Virus record (IMG/VR): IMGVR_UViG_3300030330_004289
Coordinates: 1 to 40,783 of that record
DNA length: 40,783 nt
Strand: one strand, 5' to 3'
Source of the DNA: a virus
Taxonomy: Duplodnaviria > Caudoviricetes
The notes beneath the pieces were generated by a model. It saw only the letters and a program-made list of their open reading frames with translations, had not been told where the DNA came from and did not search any database. The stretch's first letter is position 1. The number at the start of each line of letters is the position of its first letter. Positions 26,375-36,163 of the stretch are shown here, piece after piece. Position numbers and translations under genes: made by a program.

Positions 26375-27231
26375 TGAGCAACAATACCTTAACAGGCTGG
26401 GGCCGAGGATCCTGGGGAGAAGCCGCATGGGGAACGCCTTTACCAGCAGAAGTATCTTCTGCTGGCGCGATAACCTCTGCGGTTGGCTCAGTTAGCGTAG
26501 TCGCCAAGGCCGATGTAACTCCAGCTAGTCAATCGATTACAGCATCGACTGGATCACTGAGCGTTATTGCCGCAGCCATAGTACAAGTCAGTGGCACCGC
26601 CGCAACCACTAGCTTAGGAGCTCCAAGCGTTACCGCAGCAGCCGATGTTTCAGTTACGGGAGTTGCAGCCACAGGAAGCACAGGCGCTCTAACCATAACT
26701 GGCAAAGCCAACATCATACCAACAGGTCAAGCAGCTACCAGTGCTGTAGGATCTATAGCACCGACAGCAGATGCAAATACAACTGTGTCAACGGTTGGTG
26801 TAATGACCGCAAGTTCAGGATCTGTAACTACTAATGCTGCGGCAAATGTAACACCGAACTCGCAAGTTGCCACATCGCAATTAGGCACACCGACTATCAC
26901 CTTTGGCATAACTTTAGAGCTTACAGGGCAAGCATCTAACAGTAGTGTTGGCGCAATTAGTCCAACGGCAGCAGCTGATGTTAATATCACAGGTGTTGAT
27001 ATAACAACGAATCCAGGCTTTATTTTGGTATACGGAGAGATAGATACAGACCAAAACGCAAGCTTTGCAGAAGTCTCCACCACGCAAACTGCAAGCTATA
27101 GTGAGATTAGCACATCACAGACACCTAGCTTTAGCGAAGTTTCAACCTCACAAACTGCTAGCTATTCAGAGGTTGCGACGAGTCAATCTCCCAATTATAC
27201 TAATATAAAAGCAGGAAGAGACGCGGCGTAA
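26374..27231 (+). CDS. Virion fibre/tail-associated protein
   Basis: GWGRGSWG..AWG N-terminus, Ala/Ser/Thr/Val beta repeats, C-terminal 11-aa repeats. Confidence 0.65.
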   Translation: MSNNTLTGWGRGSWGEAAWGTPLPAEVSSAGAITSAVGSVSVVAKADVTPASQSITASTGSLSVIAAAIVQVSGTAATTSLGAPSVTAAADVSVTGVAATGSTGALTITGKANIIPTGQAATSAVGSIAPTADANTTVSTVGVMTASSGSVTTNAAANVTPNSQVATSQLGTPTITFGITLELTGQASNSSVGAISPTAAADVNITGVDITTNPGFILVYGEIDTDQNASFAEVSTTQTASYSEISTSQTPSFSEVSTSQTASYSEVATSQSPNYTNIKAGRDAA

Positions 27232-27250
27232 TAATTAGAGGACATAACGT

Positions 27251-30200
27251 ATGGCTGAATATACAAATGATTTAAGATTAAAAGAGATTGGCACTGGTGA
27301 ATCTTCTGGTACTTGGGGTACAGAAACTAATACTAATTTAGAGCTTATCGCCGAGGCGTTTAGCTTTGGTACAGAGGCTATAACCACCAACGCAGACACC
27401 CACACTACTACTATTGCAGACGGTTCTACTGATCCGGGAAGATCTTTGTACATAAAATATACAGGTACACTAGATTCAGCTTGTACTATAACAATAGGCC
27501 CAAATACCGTATCTAAACTATGGTTTATTGAAAACGGTACTTCTGGATCACAAAATATCATTATTTCGCAAGGCTCTGGAGCAAGTGTCACGATTCCAGC
27601 AGGGCATGTAAAAGCTATTTATTCAGACGGAGCTGGCTCTGGTGCAGCTATGGTAGATGCCTTTACCAACCTAAATCTTGGCGGCACTACTACAGTAGAC
27701 GACTTAACTATTTCAGACGACCTTACAGTAACTGATGATTTAATTGTTAATGGCGATATTGACCTTGAAGGCAATATGGATATAAACGGTTCACTCGAAA
27801 CAGATGCTCTGTCGTTGAACGGCACTACTGTTTCATCAACCGCAGCTGAACTAAATTTACTTGATGGCTCTAGTGCTAATACCGTTGTCAATAGCAAAGC
27901 CGTCATTTATGGATCTAGCGGAGAGTTAGCAGGAACTTTATCAACAGCAGCGCAAGGAAACATTACAAGTCTTGGTACGCTTACAACACTTACAGTAGAC
28001 GATATAACAATTAATGGATCTACTATTTCTGATAGTGGTGATTTCACTATTGATTCAGGTGGAGATATTACTCTTGATGCTGATGGAAGTGATGTATTTT
28101 TTAAAGATGGCGGCACTACAACATACAGGTTTAAACTAGACTCAACGCCTAGTATGGAAGTAACAGGTGGAACTTTAGATATTCAGACAATGACAGATGA
28201 TGCTGATATTCTATTTAAAGGAAGCGATGGTGGCTCAAGTGTTACTGCCCTTACCCTTGATATGTCAGATGCAGGTACTGCAACCTTTAATCACGATATA
28301 AAACTTGGTGATGGTGGTATAGCTGCATTTGGTGCTAGTGATGACCTTCAAATTTATCATGATGGTTCAAATTCTTATATAAATGAAGCAGGTAATGGAG
28401 ATTTATTAATTAGAGGTATTAATGTTCAAATTTCAAATACTTCAGATGTAAAAATGTTTAGAGGTGTGTCAAATGGAGAAGCTATACTTTATCACAACAA
28501 CTCTTTAAAGTTTCAAACAACAAGTTCAGGTATAGATGTTACAGGTACAGTTGTTGCTGATGGTTTAGACCTTGGTGACAACTCAGTAATAAATGTAGAT
28601 ACGATTGCCCTTGATAAGATTAAAGGTGATGCAGACGATAATACTAACATTACGTTTGCAGGTAGTGACACAACTACGTTTACTCAAGGCGGAACATCAA
28701 TTATGTCAGTAAATACATCAGGTATAGATGTTACAGGTACAGCAGTCACAGACGGTCTTACAGTAGCTGGTAACGTCTCAGTAGATGGTGGCACAATAAA
28801 ACTTGATGGTAATTATCCAACTGGTACAAACAACGTAGCTTTAGGTGATACAGCTTTAGATAGTCTTACAACAGGTACTTTAAATACAGTAATAGGTTCT
28901 TTAGCTGGTACTAATTTAACTACAGGAAATAGTAATACAGTATTAGGTTATAACGCTTTAAATGCAGATACACTAGGCGACAGAAATGTTGCTATTGGTT
29001 TATCAACTTTATCTTCACAAAATTTTACTACTAGCACAGACTCTTATAATGTAGCAGTTGGTTATGCAGCTGGTAGAGATAACACTACAGGTACTAATAA
29101 CACCTTTGTTGGTGGTGAAGCAGGTCTTGCAAACACTACAGGTATTAACAATGTAGCAGTAGGTTCTTTTGCCTTAGATGCAAGTACTACAGCTAATAAT
29201 CTTACAGCTGTAGGAAAATCAGCTTTAAGTGCGAACACCACAGGTAGTGCTAATACTGCTGTAGGCACATCGGCATTACTAGCGAATACAACAGGTAGTG
29301 ATAATACAGCATTAGGTTTAGGTGCTTTAGCTGTAAACACTACAGCTAGTGATAATACAGCAGTAGGTCACGATGCACTTTTATCAAACACTACAGGTGC
29401 TAGTAATGTTGCTGTCGGCTCTCATGCTTTAGATAAAAACACCACAGGAAGTTTTAATGTTGCAGTAGGTATAGCAGCTCTAGATGCAAATACCACAGCC
29501 GATAACAATACAGCAATTGGTAGAGCATCGTTAGGTCAAAACACTACAGGTCATTCAAATGTAGCAGTAGGTTCTTTAGCCTTAAGTGCTAATACTACAG
29601 CAAACAGTAATACTGCTGTAGGCTTTGAAGCCCTAAATGACAACACTACAGGTGCTAACAATGTTGCTGTTGGTAAAGGATCTTTAGACGCTAATACTAC
29701 CGCAGATAATAATACCGCAATAGGTACATCTGCATTAGGTGCTAATACTGAAGGTCATTCAAACACAGCAGTAGGTAGTTTATCTCTAGATGCTAATACT
29801 ACTGCCGATGAAAATACAGCAGTAGGGTATGCATCTTTAGGAGCTAATACTACTGGAATTAGACAAGTAGCAATTGGTATGAATGCATTACTAGCTAATA
29901 CCACAGGAGACTCAAACGTAGCTATTGGTAGAGCTGCTTTGCAAGAAAATACCACAGCAGACGATAATGTTGCTGTAGGTCGACAAGCACTCTTTGCTAA
30001 TACAACAGGTGAAGATAATGTAGCAATCGGTAATTTTGCTTTAGATGCTAATACTACAGCTTCAAACAATACTGCAATTGGTAGGTCAGCTTTAGGTGAC
30101 AATACAACAGGTGTTAATAACGTAGCAGTTGGTTCTTTAGCATTAGATGCTAATACTACTGCAAGTAAAAATACTGCAATCGGTCAAGCATCTTTAAGTG

Positions 30201-31723
30201 GTAATTCAACTGGAGCTAGTAATACAGCAGTTGGTCAAGGCTCACTACAAAATAATACTACAGCTGATAACAATACAGCTGTTGGTGTTGACGCTTTAGG
30301 AACAAACACTACAGGAGCTTTTAATACTGCTGTAGGTTCTTTAGCACTAGATGCTAATACTACAGCTAGTAACAACACAGCCATTGGATATAACGCAGCA
30401 ACAGCGAACACTACAGGTGCTAACAATACAGCTGTAGGTTTTATTTCTCTTGGTTCAAGCACTACTGGTGACCAAAATACTGGATTAGGTAGAGGTACTT
30501 TAGCATCAAATACTACAGCAGATGATAATACTGCTGTTGGATATAACGCTTTAAATCAAAACACTACAGGTGTTAACAATACAGCAATAGGTTCTTTAGC
30601 ACTAGATGCTAACACCACAGCTAATAACAATACAGCAGTCGGTACAACTGCATTAGGTGCTAACACTACAGGTAATTTGAACGTAGCTGTAGGTGTTTCA
30701 AGTTTAGCAACTAACATAGTAGCTGATAGGAACGTAGCAGTAGGTGTTGAGGCTTTAAAAACTTTTAACCCTGCATCAAATGCTGATACTTATAACACAG
30801 CTGTGGGTCATGTTGCATTAAAAGCTCTTACCACAGGTACAACTAACACAGCGATTGGTGGTCAAGCCATGGAACTGGCTACCACAGGCTCAAATAATAC
30901 AGCATTAGGTTATGGTTCTCTTAATGCAAACACTACAGGTGCTAACAATGTTGCTGTTGGTAAAAGTGCTTTAGATGCAAATACGACAGCAGATAATAAC
31001 GTAGCTGTTGGTGTTGATGCATTAGGAGCAAATACTACAGGTACACAAAATACTTGCTTAGGAAGAACAGCGGGTTCAGCTTTAACTACAGGGGCTGACA
31101 ATACTTTTGTCGGTTTTACAGCTGGAGGCGTAGGCACAGTAACAGGTGATAATAATACTACTCTTGGTTCTAGTGCTGGTAAGAATTTATCAAGTGGTAG
31201 CAACAATCTTTTATTAGGACATGATGCAGGACTTTCAGGAAGTCCAGGTGGACCTATAGATACTGAATCTAATGAAATTGTATTAGGTGATGAAAATATT
31301 TCAGCTGCACATATACAAGTAAGCTTTACAGTAGCATCTGATAAAAGAGATAAAACAGATGTAGAACCTGTGAAAATGGGTTTAGACTTTGTTAATAAAT
31401 TAGAGCCTGTAACATATAAGTGGGATAAACGAAGTTTATATGTAGAAAAAGGTGAAGATTTTAATGACGTAGTACCAGATGGTTCACATAAGGAAAATTG
31501 GTTAGATGTAGGATTTCTTGCTCAAGATGTTGAAAAGCTTGAATCAGAATATGGCTATAATATAGCTGACAAAACTAATTTAACTACAAATGTTTCTGAA
31601 AATGGTCAACAGTACGGATTGACCTATTCTAAATTTGTACCTATGCTTGTAAAAGCAGTACAAGAACTGTCTACCCAGGTAGATGAATTAAAAGCCGAAA
31701 TACAAACCTTAAAGGAGGATTAA
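27251..31723 (+). CDS. Tail fibre with NTAVG repeats and C-terminal peptidase S74 intramolecular chaperone
   Basis: TGE.SGTWGT.TNTNL attachment region; dozens of 17-aa N[T/V]A[V/I]GxxALxxNTT[G/A] repeats; SDKRDK, L.PV.Y.W, GFLAQDV, L.YSKF.P.LVKAVQEL. Confidence 0.92.
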   Translation: MAEYTNDLRLKEIGTGESSGTWGTETNTNLELIAEAFSFGTEAITTNADTHTTTIADGSTDPGRSLYIKYTGTLDSACTITIGPNTVSKLWFIENGTSGSQNIIISQGSGASVTIPAGHVKAIYSDGAGSGAAMVDAFTNLNLGGTTTVDDLTISDDLTVTDDLIVNGDIDLEGNMDINGSLETDALSLNGTTVSSTAAELNLLDGSSANTVVNSKAVIYGSSGELAGTLSTAAQGNITSLGTLTTLTVDDITINGSTISDSGDFTIDSGGDITLDADGSDVFFKDGGTTTYRFKLDSTPSMEVTGGTLDIQTMTDDADILFKGSDGGSSVTALTLDMSDAGTATFNHDIKLGDGGIAAFGASDDLQIYHDGSNSYINEAGNGDLLIRGINVQISNTSDVKMFRGVSNGEAILYHNNSLKFQTTSSGIDVTGTVVADGLDLGDNSVINVDTIALDKIKGDADDNTNITFAGSDTTTFTQGGTSIMSVNTSGIDVTGTAVTDGLTVAGNVSVDGGTIKLDGNYPTGTNNVALGDTALDSLTTGTLNTVIGSLAGTNLTTGNSNTVLGYNALNADTLGDRNVAIGLSTLSSQNFTTSTDSYNVAVGYAAGRDNTTGTNNTFVGGEAGLANTTGINNVAVGSFALDASTTANNLTAVGKSALSANTTGSANTAVGTSALLANTTGSDNTALGLGALAVNTTASDNTAVGHDALLSNTTGASNVAVGSHALDKNTTGSFNVAVGIAALDANTTADNNTAIGRASLGQNTTGHSNVAVGSLALSANTTANSNTAVGFEALNDNTTGANNVAVGKGSLDANTTADNNTAIGTSALGANTEGHSNTAVGSLSLDANTTADENTAVGYASLGANTTGIRQVAIGMNALLANTTGDSNVAIGRAALQENTTADDNVAVGRQALFANTTGEDNVAIGNFALDANTTASNNTAIGRSALGDNTTGVNNVAVGSLALDANTTASKNTAIGQASLSGNSTGASNTAVGQGSLQNNTTADNNTAVGVDALGTNTTGAFNTAVGSLALDANTTASNNTAIGYNAATANTTGANNTAVGFISLGSSTTGDQNTGLGRGTLASNTTADDNTAVGYNALNQNTTGVNNTAIGSLALDANTTANNNTAVGTTALGANTTGNLNVAVGVSSLATNIVADRNVAVGVEALKTFNPASNADTYNTAVGHVALKALTTGTTNTAIGGQAMELATTGSNNTALGYGSLNANTTGANNVAVGKSALDANTTADNNVAVGVDALGANTTGTQNTCLGRTAGSALTTGADNTFVGFTAGGVGTVTGDNNTTLGSSAGKNLSSGSNNLLLGHDAGLSGSPGGPIDTESNEIVLGDENISAAHIQVSFTVASDKRDKTDVEPVKMGLDFVNKLEPVTYKWDKRSLYVEKGEDFNDVVPDGSHKENWLDVGFLAQDVEKLESEYGYNIADKTNLTTNVSENGQQYGLTYSKFVPMLVKAVQELSTQVDELKAEIQTLKED
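28820..31220 (+). repeat. Coding 51-bp (17 aa) tandem repeat, YadA-head-like beta-roll
   Basis: Visible in the translation; exact DNA repeats e.g. 25 bp at 30333/30588 and 36 bp at 29642/30929. Confidence 0.9.
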
Positions 31724-31724
31724 T

Positions 31725-32009
31725 ATGGCAACAGTAGCAGAAGTATTAGCAGCAGGGTTAGATAGCGTTGCGTTAATCGACAGTATAGATGCAGATGCAT
31801 CAAGCGTACCAGCATGTGAGGGACTATCGCAGTCTGAAATTAACGAGTTGGTACAAAGAAACGTAGATCATTTAGAGATCATTTTATTGTATGAACCAGT
31901 AGATAGTGATGATGATACACCTAATGTTAAAGGTTCATCTAGCAGTAAAAAAACTGATTGTTCTAATGCAATTACTAAAGGAAAAGCGTATATTAGTTCA
32001 AATAGTTAA
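31725..32009 (+). CDS. Tail-fibre-associated hypothetical protein
   Basis: 94 aa, SD AGGAGG, directly after the fibre gene. Confidence 0.6.
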   Translation: MATVAEVLAAGLDSVALIDSIDADASSVPACEGLSQSEINELVQRNVDHLEIILLYEPVDSDDDTPNVKGSSSSKKTDCSNAITKGKAYISSNS

Positions 32010-32026
32010 TTTTTTAGGAGAATTTT

Positions 32027-32278
32027 ATGGCGACGAATAAAAATGAAGAACCAGTAGTGGTATTGGACGATAAAGAATTTAAAGTAAGTGATTTATCAGA
32101 ACAACAACAATACATACACTCGCATGTTATAGATCTTAGAAACCAAAGAGCAAGACTGCAATATCAACTTGACCAGGTAAACGCTGGTCTCAATGTTTTT
32201 GAAACCTCATTGCTGAACTCTGTTAAAGAGCAAGCTGAGGAAGTGTTATCAGATGATGAATCTGAGGGAGAAAAATAA
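32027..32278 (+). CDS. Hypothetical coiled-coil protein
   Basis: 83 aa, SD AGGAG. Confidence 0.65.
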   Translation: MATNKNEEPVVVLDDKEFKVSDLSEQQQYIHSHVIDLRNQRARLQYQLDQVNAGLNVFETSLLNSVKEQAEEVLSDDESEGEK

Positions 32279-32280
32279 TT

Positions 32281-32454
32281 ATGAGCATTTTAGCAAACAT
32301 AGTAGGCGTGGTAACAGCCATCGTAACGGCGGCCAGTCTAATAGCCGCATCTACCAAGACACCAAAAGATGACGTGTGGATCGGTAAGTTGTATAAATTA
32401 ATAGATTTATTGGCTTTAAATGTAGGCAACGCCAAACAAAAACCTGGAGAGTAA
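32281..32454 (+). CDS. Small membrane protein, holin-like
   Basis: 57 aa MSILANIVGVVTAIVTAASLIAASTKTPKDDVWIGKLYKLIDLLALNVG.AK; not in the track. Confidence 0.65.
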   Translation: MSILANIVGVVTAIVTAASLIAASTKTPKDDVWIGKLYKLIDLLALNVGNAKQKPGE

Positions 32455-32455
32455 G

Positions 32456-32614
32456 ATGAAATTTTTTAGTAATCTATGGGACAAAGTTACTGGCACTGAA
32501 AAAGTAAAAGTAAGAGCTAGAAACAAAAAAGGTCGTTATGTGGCAGATGATAAATCTACCCCAAATGTCAACGAGGCTTATACAACCAAAAGAGTAAAGA
32601 AAAAGAAAACATAA
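32456..32614 (+). CDS. Small basic protein (RARNKKGRYVADD.STP.VNEA type)
   Basis: 52 aa, SD GGAG, TAATG coupling; not in the track. Confidence 0.6.
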   Translation: MKFFSNLWDKVTGTEKVKVRARNKKGRYVADDKSTPNVNEAYTTKRVKKKKT

Positions 32615-32796
32615 TGGCAACCGTCAAAGACGCAATCAAAGCCATTGAATCACATGAAAGAGAGTGCAAGATTCTCTACAAAAGTATTGATAGGCGTCTT
32701 GAGGAAGGCTCAAAGCGATTTGATAAATTAGAAAATATGATTTGGGCCGTTTATCCATTTATTGTCGGAGCAATAGTTATCGCGGAGTTTATCTAA
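32614..32796 (+). CDS. XhlA-like coiled-coil protein with C-terminal TM helix (lysis-associated)
   Basis: HERECK..Y..I..RLEEG..RF.KLE followed by a hydrophobic tail. Confidence 0.6.
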   Translation: MATVKDAIKAIESHERECKILYKSIDRRLEEGSKRFDKLENMIWAVYPFIVGAIVIAEFI

Positions 32797-33147
32797 ATGG
32801 ACTCAGCTGTACAATTAATTAACGAGGTTGGATTCCCAATAGCAGCAGCTATTGGTCTTGGTCTATTTATTTGGAAACTTATCAACAAAATCATTGACGG
32901 CATGGAAACCAAAGTAGATGTCTTGGATGAAAAAGTATCAGCACAAATATCAGAAATAGAACAAAGATTAGGCCAAAAGCTTGATTCTCAGCACGGTATC
33001 TTGGTTGCACTTATCGACAGAGTTAGATCCGTAGACAATGAGATCATTAGACAAGACACTTTGTTAAAGACTATACTTGGAGTACCCCAACTTATGCATA
33101 CAGATAGGTTGGCAAAGGCAAATAGAGATGACCAAAGAAAAGATTAA
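32797..33147 (+). CDS. Holin-like membrane protein
   Basis: LINEVGFPIAAAIGLGLFIW N-terminal TM then coiled coil. Confidence 0.55.
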   Translation: MDSAVQLINEVGFPIAAAIGLGLFIWKLINKIIDGMETKVDVLDEKVSAQISEIEQRLGQKLDSQHGILVALIDRVRSVDNEIIRQDTLLKTILGVPQLMHTDRLAKANRDDQRKD

Positions 33148-33622
33148 GCTACCACTACATTACAAAATAATTGTTGTTTGGGCTGTAGTTTTGTTTATAG
33201 GTATTTTAGCTACAAATATAAAAGCAGACGAAATTAAATTTAATTTTAAATCACCATCTTTCAGTGGTATTGGCACCTCAGCACATTATCTTACGATTGA
33301 GCAACAAGAGTTTTCAAGACGTGAGCAACTCCGAGCTGACCTGAAGGCTCTGGAAGAACAAAGAAAGAGAGATGAGGAAAACTCAGTAATTTCTAGATTC
33401 ACCAAAAATCTTGAATCACGCATCTTTGCACAAATCAGCAGACAGATCGTAGAGCAGTTATTTGGTGAGAATCCAGAGACGACAGGATCTTTTACTTTAT
33501 TTGATAACATAATCAGTTGGTCCAGCGACGGGACTTACATAACCCTAACTATTTTTAATACTTTAGATGGCACGACTACTGAAATTATTGTACCAATCGG
33601 CGACTTTGGTTTTGGTAATTAG
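33128..33622 (+). CDS. csgF: Curli assembly protein CsgF-like
   Basis: Signal peptide ending IKA, mature start DEIKFNFKSPSFSG (cf. CsgF NP.FGG), F..NLESRI.AQ.S.Q, C-terminal TTEI.VP; directly before csgG. Confidence 0.78.
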   Translation: MTKEKIKLPLHYKIIVVWAVVLFIGILATNIKADEIKFNFKSPSFSGIGTSAHYLTIEQQEFSRREQLRADLKALEEQRKRDEENSVISRFTKNLESRIFAQISRQIVEQLFGENPETTGSFTLFDNIISWSSDGTYITLTIFNTLDGTTTEIIVPIGDFGFGN

Positions 33623-34412
33623 TTGCACTTCGCACGCTAAATTAATATCACCATGTCTCACTAATCCAGAAGGAGATTACAAAGATCTTGTCTCCATCGT
33701 TGGTAAAGCTCAATGTTTTTCCAAAGATGCTTTTATTAATTTACCGATAACGGAAGAAATACTTAACATACCCAAACCCAAAGATCAGCCTATAGTTGCA
33801 GTGTATAAGTTTGGCGACTTCACTGGACAAAGAAAATCAGTAGACGGCTATGCTAATTTCAGCACAGCTATGACGCAAGCACCTGAGACTTATTTAATAA
33901 GAGCTTTAAAACAATCTGGTTTTTTTCGTGTGGTCGAGCGCGTAAATATAGATCACATCACTCGTGAGCGCCAGATAATTAGATCTACTCGTGAGAAGTT
34001 TGAAGATGAAACAGAACAACTACCGTTACTATTTGCTGGCCTTATTATCGAAGGCGGTATAGTGGATTACAACACGAATCTACGCACAGGAGGTGCGGGT
34101 GCCAGAACGCTCGGAATCGGCAGATCTAAGCAATACCGAGAGGATACTGTTTTGGTTTCAATCAGAGTTGTCTCCGTTAGCACTGGCGAGATCTTATTAG
34201 AAAACTTAACGACTAGGACTATTTTATCAGTTGGTATTTCTAGCGATGTATTTAGGTTTACCAATAACTCTACTGAGTTAATAGAGTTTGAAACGGGAAA
34301 TGCTATGAATGAAAGTAAGTCCATCGCTTTGCAATCAGCTATAGAAATTGGTATCGTAGATATTGTAAAACAAGGGCGCGAACGAAATTTTTGGGAATAT
34401 TATGATGAATAA
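33567..34412 (+). CDS. csgG: Curli secretion channel CsgG lipoprotein
   Basis: Lipobox-like LVISC; VAVY.F.D.TGQRK, FSTA.TQ, F.VVER.....I..ERQIIR, EGGIV.Y..N..TGGAGAR.LGIG...QYR.D. Confidence 0.93.
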   Translation: MARLLKLLYQSATLVLVISCTSHAKLISPCLTNPEGDYKDLVSIVGKAQCFSKDAFINLPITEEILNIPKPKDQPIVAVYKFGDFTGQRKSVDGYANFSTAMTQAPETYLIRALKQSGFFRVVERVNIDHITRERQIIRSTREKFEDETEQLPLLFAGLIIEGGIVDYNTNLRTGGAGARTLGIGRSKQYREDTVLVSIRVVSVSTGEILLENLTTRTILSVGISSDVFRFTNNSTELIEFETGNAMNESKSIALQSAIEIGIVDIVKQGRERNFWEYYDE

Positions 34413-35127
34413 ACTCTTGTTTTTTTTATTGTTTAGCACAACTGTTTTTGCAGACAACGAAATCTTTGTAGATCAAACTGGGAACTCAGCTACTATAGAT
34501 CTAGAACAGCTTGGCTCTTCAAACCTTATTGGCGGGACCAGTGCCACTACAACTTCGATGACTGCAATGGATCTCGATGGAGTGTCAATGACACTTGACA
34601 TCAATCAAATAGGATCTTCAAACGTCTTTAGATCTGACGCAATCGATGGCGATAATTTTACTGGTTTTTTTGAGTTTGATGGCGATAGCAATGTTTGGGA
34701 CTTGTTAATGAACTCTACAGGCTTAATTACAGCTGATTATGTTGACCTGAATATTGATGTTACAGGATCTAGTAATGAGGCAGATATTAAAATAGCAGAA
34801 AACGCTGACTCCTCTTACCTCAATCTAGATTGGATTATTACTGGTGACTCTAACGTGTTTGATTTTGATATAGATTATGAAAACGCAGTCAACTATATGG
34901 ATATAAATGGCAGTACTAACACAATAAATTTTACAGCTAGCGGATACTCTGGTACTACAGCATCTGATTCTGGTTATTTCAATCTAGATCTTGATGGCAG
35001 CAATAATACGCTAGACATCACACAATCTTCAACTTTAGCTCGTGATTGGTTATCCATCTCAACTAATTCTTCAAATTCTAATATTTGCGTCGTTCAAAAT
35101 GATGGTGGCACCACCACTTCATGCTGA
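34402..35127 (+). CDS. Secreted curlin-like/beta-solenoid repeat protein
   Basis: Sec signal ending VFA; repeats such as IFVDQTGNS, IDLEQLGSSN, LDINQIGSSN, IDVTGSSN, DINGSTN, DLDGSNN. Confidence 0.7.
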   Translation: MMNKLLFFLLFSTTVFADNEIFVDQTGNSATIDLEQLGSSNLIGGTSATTTSMTAMDLDGVSMTLDINQIGSSNVFRSDAIDGDNFTGFFEFDGDSNVWDLLMNSTGLITADYVDLNIDVTGSSNEADIKIAENADSSYLNLDWIITGDSNVFDFDIDYENAVNYMDINGSTNTINFTASGYSGTTASDSGYFNLDLDGSNNTLDITQSSTLARDWLSISTNSSNSNICVVQNDGGTTTSC

Positions 35128-36163
35128 TGCGATAGGAGATATTACTGAATTAAAAGGATACGGCAGAGTTGTAAGAGACGAGACTTTTGCTGCTGAGTTA
35201 GATTTTGACATTAACTCGTTAGATAATGTCGAAACTTCTGCTGGCCGCATAGCCATTACATTTCTTGATGAATCTACTGTAAAACTTACAGAGCATAGCA
35301 ATCTTCTTATAGACGAATATGTCTTTAATAGTAACCCCGATAAATCTAAAATGGCTTTACAGTTTGCTAGTGGCACAATACGGTTTATCAGTGGTAACGC
35401 AAATAAACTAAATAAGAAAAACATCACGCTGTCTACGCCTACTTCACAAATTTTTGTCCAAGGTACTGATTTTGTGTGTTCCGTAGATCTTTTGGGCAAG
35501 GCACTCGTAATTTTACTCCCGGATGAATTTGGTAACGCTAGTGGTGAAATCCTAGTACAAACCGCAGCTGGGCAAACTTTACTGAATCAGCCTTATCAGG
35601 CAACTACCACTTCGATGTATGAGAAAGCACCAACCAAACCAATAACTTTAGACATAGATCTTAATTTTATTGACAACATGCTTATTGTCTCGCCACCTAA
35701 AGAAGAAGTGATTAATGAGGAACAACAACAAAATGAACAATCTGATTACTTAGATTTCTATGATTTAGAAATAGATGCTTTGGCAGAGGACTTTTTGGAA
35801 GAGGAGGAGGATATGTCTTTTTCGGAGCTCGATATAGATTATTTAGCAACTGATTTCTTTGAAAACCTATTAGATGTGTTAGACGGTCTTGGTATTGAAG
35901 AGGAAGAAGATCAACTAACAAACTTTTCCAACGGCGTTCAGTTAGTAGGCACGAAGTTCGGACAAGACCTAGAAACGCAGATTACGACCATTATTCAAGG
36001 CAATCAAGTAAAGCTGATGCGTATGGTCAATCAGAACGCGCAAGTTTTAGTCAATGGCGACGATTCCTACACGGTTATCTTTATACAAGATGGCGTAACA
36101 AAAACAGTACAAATCAATGGTGCATCTTCATCAGTTATAACCATTAAACAAAGTTCTGGATGA
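35042..36163 (+). CDS. FecR-domain periplasmic protein
   Basis: Signal-like N-terminus; IG.I....G.G.V.R, D.VET..GR..ITF.D.S...L.E.S.L.IDEY, GT.RF.SG, TPTS.I.V.GTDF; acidic C-terminal region; start may be 35099. Confidence 0.85.
   Translation: MIGYPSQLILQILIFASFKMMVAPPLHADAIGDITELKGYGRVVRDETFAAELDFDINSLDNVETSAGRIAITFLDESTVKLTEHSNLLIDEYVFNSNPDKSKMALQFASGTIRFISGNANKLNKKNITLSTPTSQIFVQGTDFVCSVDLLGKALVILLPDEFGNASGEILVQTAAGQTLLNQPYQATTTSMYEKAPTKPITLDIDLNFIDNMLIVSPPKEEVINEEQQQNEQSDYLDFYDLEIDALAEDFLEEEEDMSFSELDIDYLATDFFENLLDVLDGLGIEEEEDQLTNFSNGVQLVGTKFGQDLETQITTIIQGNQVKLMRMVNQNAQVLVNGDDSYTVIFIQDGVTKTVQINGASSSVITIKQSSG

Noticed and set aside
27251-31723. Diversity-generating retroelement or shufflon acting on the tail fibre
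   Set aside because: No reverse transcriptase, no adenine-specific template/variable pair and no inverted alternative fibre ends seen in the window
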